Shown in pieces: positions 55,201 through 60,000 of a stretch of 60,000 nucleotides of DNA. Position numbers and translations under genes: made by a program. A model generated the notes under the pieces. It saw only the letters and a program-made list of their open reading frames with translations, was not told the origin of the DNA and searched no databases. Source of the stretch: Schmidtea polychroa (taxonomy: Eukaryota); the NCBI GenBank assembly GCA_044892525.1, contig CM097885.1, forward strand, positions 237,400,001 to 237,460,000, written 5' to 3'. Position 1 is the first letter of the stretch. Each line of letters opens with the position of its first letter.

Positions 55201-55597
55201 ATGCTTTTTTAGTGGTAGTCGGATTTTTGTATAGAAAAATTTTTTTTGTATTGAAAATCCCAGGACCATCGTTTTTGTATAGAAAAAATTTTTTTGTATT
55301 GAAAATCCCAGGACCATCGAGACCCCCTCACTATAGTGTGAAAATTCCATGCTTTTTTAGTGGTAGTCGGATTTTTGTATAGAAAAATTTTTTTTGTATT
55401 GAAAATCCCAGGACCATCGTTTTTGTATAGAAAAAATTTTTTTGTATTGAAAATCCCAGGACCATCGAGACCCCCTCACTATAGTGTGATAAATTGCGTA
55501 ATCAAAAGTTGCAGCAAAAAAATTACGGCAGCAGAACCCCCCCCCCCCCGGGGGGGGGGTCATTGCTGCCGTACGCTACTATCTACCTACTAGCGTA

Positions 55598-56005
55598 TAT
55601 AACTAGTTATTGGAAGCTTTAATTTAAAATATTTTGAAATATTTTATTAGGCTTCTAGAAGCTAATTATAGAAGCTTTATAAAATAATTAAAAAACTTTT
55701 AGTTTGTGTCAATTTGGAATTTTAAATGGTATTTATTTTATTTTATTTTTAACTTTAATTTTCAATAAAATTTTAAAAATTTTTAATAAAAAAATAAAAA
55801 AATTCATAAAACGAAAGTATATATTATATTTATAACCAATGAGAATTAAGAGAAAGGAAATAAAAGAAAGATTGAAAGGTATTTTCGAGAAGAACATTGC
55901 TAAATTCCAGGAGATCGACAAGGACTATCTTTTAGTCGAAAATTTTTTCATTAAATACATTATTTGCAGCAAAAGGCTTAAATTATCATTTTATTGTTTT
56001 AAATA
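55598..56005 (+). mobile_element. Penelope-like retroelement, right part (3' tail)
   Basis: Collinear with the reverse complement of 22350-22690, resuming where 40972 stops. Confidence 0.8.
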
Positions 56006-56038
56006 ATAAATGCTGCTACCAAGAAATCATCACTTTAC

Positions 56039-56157
<119 letters not shown>

Positions 56158-57039
56158 AAATCGCCAAATTAATATATTAAAATTTAACATTGCTATATAT
56201 TTCGACAGTTTAACAGTCTTCTTCAGACTAAGAATCGTATTAGTAGAAACTAAATGAAAATAATAATATTCAAACAATTTAACAACTAATATTCGTAATC
56301 AAACTGTATCAAACTAAAAGATATTTTAATAAAATTTTAAAAACATTTTTTTAATCATATAAAATTATTTTAATTTTAAAAAACGCACAAGATTGTTAAC
56401 ATTCTCATACAAAAAAAAATTTTAAATTAATATAAAAAATAAATTTAATATAAATTTAAAAATTAAAAATTAAAAATTGTTTTTATACAAATTACCAACA
56501 TCATCCCAAATATTAAATATACAAGTTGAATTATTTAAATACATTCAAAATTCCTGTAGACTGGGCACTTTGAATATTAATTATAGGATTTAAAGATCTA
56601 TTTAAGAACGCCTCGCACGTTACTCGTTCATTTGAATCTAATGAGATTGTCCTTACTTAGGTTAATTGGTAATTTTCGTTTTTAATACTGTATCAAATGG
56701 TGTATAAATGCTTCTGTTTTAAAATTAAAGAACAAATATGATAGCCATATTAAAAAATTAAATAATTTAAGGAGATTGTATGGTATTTATAAATTTGACG
56801 TTAAGGATATTATAATAAATATGAGTAAAATTGTTTGATCGAAGAAGGAGAAACGGCATAAAAACAGAATTGATAAAAATAAATGATTCGCAAAAATTGG
56901 AAAATTGTATTATATGACATGTGTGTCTAATAAGGATATTGATAATAATTATGTAAAAAGCTTATTAAAGGTTTGCACTACTGATTATGTTAATAAAAAT
57001 AAAAAAACAGAATATTAAGAATTTGTATTGAAATTCTCA

Positions 57040-57425
57040 GTATCAATCCGGAGCCCCTCATTATAATCAGAAAGAAACATGGCTTTTTATCAAGAGTCGG
57101 ATTTTGTATTGAAAATCCCAGAAAAAATAAGCGTAGCCCACTGCAGCAAAATAGCTTCTTTGTTTAGGCCCCCTTCGTCTGCTTTAAAAATCCCAGGATG
57201 AACCGAGACCCCCTTACTATAGTCAGAAAAATCCTAGCTTTTTAACGAGAATCGAATTTTGTATCGAAAATCTCAGAAAGAGTAATCGTAGCTCACTTCA
57301 GCAAAATGGCTTTTTTATAGGCCCCTTTCTTTTGTATTGAAAATTCCAGGATCAATCGAGACCCCCTCAATATAGTCAAAAAAATCAATTACATAACCGT
57401 TTAGTAAAAAAAATTACTGCAGCAA
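57040..57425 (-). mobile_element. Diverged relic of a related Polinton-like terminal repeat
   Basis: CCAGGATCAATCGAGACCCCCTCAATATAGTC...AAAAAAATTACTGCAGCA parallels 55458-55533. Confidence 0.65.
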
Positions 57426-59554
57426 AATTTTAATCTAATATTTGATGTCTAATGATTACTCGGGGATTTCCCTTCCCCATGATGTGCCTATTGATTTTCA
57501 CACAAACGTGCCATGATACACTTATGTATGGTGAATTTCACTTTCTGCTCTGCCGTGTGATTGAAATCTTTGTTGTGGAATTTTTATTGATCGGTTCTAG
57601 TGTTTGATCGCTATAAGACTGTCCTCTCACTTGAATGGCAACAATTCCAACCTGTATGAAATTATCAGTGATATAACAAAGTATATTAGCTTTATTTCAA
57701 GTAAAATGACTGGGAAGAGTTAAGCTACCGGGAAGTTTAGTATCACTGGAAGTATGGAATGTCCTGCAGTTATTGTGCAGTTGGTTTGTCAATCTCGAGG
57801 ATGTCATGCACAAATGAGTGCAATACAATTTACCTAGGAAAAAGGGTAGTTTAGTCTCTTAATCGTCACGGTTATAGTTATTTAAGGTTATGAAAGGTTC
57901 GGTGACTAGATATTTCAGAATACTACCGATATCAATCAGTTTTACTCCAACCGGCTGGGATGCTGCCATATGGTCATTCAATGCTACGATTTCCCGATAT
58001 ATTGAAATAAATAAATTGTTATGGTTAGGAACTGATATCAGTGGTTTTGCAGATCGATCGGTTGAAGTTCGTGAGAGCCAACTGGAGTCGACAACAGTCT
58101 TGCAGCAAACGCATGTAAGAAGAAGGATTCATCTGGTACACGGCTACTATCTAGTTCAAATTGAGAGATTGGAGAATCAGGGTCGTTTCTGAAAGTGATC
58201 TAATGAGTGATATAATATTCTCTATCTTTACCTTAGTTTCTTTAGTATCTCCTTAGGCGAACGGATCGACGATTCTCTCACGTCCGCTGTTGGTAACAAT
58301 TCGAATTGGTTTTATAATAAAGATTTAATTGTTCAAATGGGCCCGGAAAATACATAGTAATATTAACTATCTGGTGCTAAAAGAAATTTCGCTTTGAAAA
58401 TTTAAAAGCCAAAAACCCCTTTAACAATCTATTAAACATGATAGATACAATATATTTTACATACTTTTCTTCAGAAATTGGCAGTAATTCACAAAAGTGA
58501 AAAGTTATTTAACTCACAAATATATTAAACCGTGACTGAAATGCGTCGGTGTATATACCATAATTTTGGTGTGCGAGTATATGTTCGTGGATTGATTCAG
58601 TAAAACAAATTTGAATTATTTTAATTCAATCTAATTTTGAATTCTAATTTTTATCAATTTCGATGGTGGTTTTATATAAATTATTATTAATTTTATTTTT
58701 AAAATGGACCATTTTCTAGAATATTCTAACCTGTTTAATGATTTTATTAAATAATTCCTATTTATTTTAATTCTTATGTTATATCCTGTTAATTTTTTGT
58801 TGATTTAATTCTTAAATTTTTATTTTTTAGTTCCACTAGCTATTTGGCGGTCATGATGATGTCACCATTTTTATAGAAGTTTTATAGATTAATCGAACTT
58901 TTGCCCAGGGTTATAGTTTTATAACATCCTGGCGATACAAACTAAACAGACAAGATTCTTTGAAGCCTGGTCATCATTTTTCCCTAATTCATTTTTTTGA
59001 TATTATTTTGTGGAAATTTTCCTAAATTTTATTCTTATCTCTCCATATCACCAATAATTCAAATTTGCCTACTTATATATTGTATATATGTTGTGTTTGA
59101 GATGATTTCATGTAATACTTTTGTTTCATATTCGTTAATTTTTATGTTTACTAATTTTGTGTTTTTGTGAGTTCTATTTATTTGTTTAATTGATGTTTGG
59201 ACGTGTTTGATTTTGTCTCAACTTAATGTCGTCTTTCAGTCACGATTTAACCATTTGGGCTCAAAATCAGTTGTACCCCAACAATATATCAATTTTTCTC
59301 AATTGTTTTATCAACTTTATTAAAATTATTTACCTGAATTTTCTTTTTTTTTAAAATCTCTTATTTACTATTTGACTAAATTCAGTATTTTAAGCTACAT
59401 GGGGCTTTACCCAACCGAAAGCCGCACGTCTACAACACTTTTAAATGTTGCGCTTACTTAAAACTCCTAAACAAATATGATACCGTACCTGAAAAATGCT
59501 CAAATAGAAAATAATAATTTACAAATTGAATACATAAATAAATAAGATCGGATA

Positions 59555-59870
59555 CAGGCCCTAGGAGAGGCGGGGCCAGAGGGGCCACTGACCCCGGGCC
59601 CCAAATCTTCAAAATTTTATTTGAAGAAATTTTTTTGGAAACAAAAATTAATTTTTAAAAATTCAACAATTTGAAAATGGACTAATGAAATAACTTCTTT
59701 GCTCTTATATATCAATCTAACATGTTTTTTAATAAATCAGATTGATCTAAGATTAGGAATTCGTCATTTAAAATTGCTTGGTCGTTATTAAAATCCACGA
59801 ATAAAGGATTTTTAAAAATATTTTTAAAAATATCCGTTTATTAATGATATGAAATTGGGGCCCCTAATTT
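59555..59870. mobile_element. Probable degenerate hAT MITE
   Basis: CAGGCC start with GGGGCC/GGGCCCC clusters at both ends of an AT-rich core; no clear TSD. Confidence 0.4.
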
Positions 59871-60000
59871 AAACCCAACTAGCGTGGAATTCGAAAGAAT
59901 ATTTTAAATTTTGACAACGCAAGTTCAGTGTCAGGAATAAATATTGGCGTTCAAGCTTGGCTTAAAAAGGCAAATCCTGAATTTATGTTCTCTCCTTGTG

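Larger units (their letters stand above)
40973..55591. mobile_element. 14.6-kb fully palindromic non-autonomous Polinton/Maverick-like element
   Basis: Termini AGTAGGTAGATAGTAG...CTACTATCTACCTACT; 6-bp TSD AGCGTA (40967-40972, 55592-55597); arms 40973-48224 and 48276-55591 are reverse complements; no ORF >=60 aa between 41733 and 54729. Confidence 0.85.

Noticed and set aside
54490..55490. CTCACTATAG words resembling the T7 promoter, plus GGTCTC (BsaI) sites, suggesting vector contamination
   Set aside because: TAATACGA is absent, the words lie in natural repeats, and diverged relatives exist at 57040-57425
40973..55591. Palindrome as a pure sequencing or assembly fold-back artefact
   Set aside because: Flanks are not mirrored, a TSD and an empty-site paralogue exist, and the arms differ by repeat units; read-level confirmation of the centre is still needed
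57430..59270. Possible degenerate LTR retrotransposon (gag/LTR-like), including ORF 57890-58192
   Set aside because: No recognisable gag/pol motif, TG...CA boundaries or TSD could be established

Overview
Very AT-rich, intron-containing eukaryotic DNA, probably from an invertebrate (a flatworm-like genome is a guess from composition only), dominated by transposon debris. I can assemble one host gene by hand: 5 exons on the minus strand (33138->16193, 332 aa, MGCTSS N-terminus, His-rich C-terminus), resembling naked cuticle. The outstanding feature is a 14.6-kb non-coding, almost perfectly palindromic insertion (40973..55591; arms 7252 and 7316 bp, 51-bp loop). It has Polinton/Maverick hallmarks (AGT...ACT termini, 6-bp target duplication AGCGTA) and sits in a Penelope-like retroelement whose uninterrupted paralogue at ~22.7 kb shows the empty site. 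Also present: a Polinton-type protease pseudogene split by two MITEs, other Polinton-like terminal relics, an intronless RACK1-PRP19 chimeric pseudogene, a hAT element carrying a solo LTR and a DD34E Tc1/IS630 element, Penelope-like fragments, minimal hammerhead-like motifs, several MITEs and long microsatellites. All protein assignments come from motif recognition by eye, not database searches.
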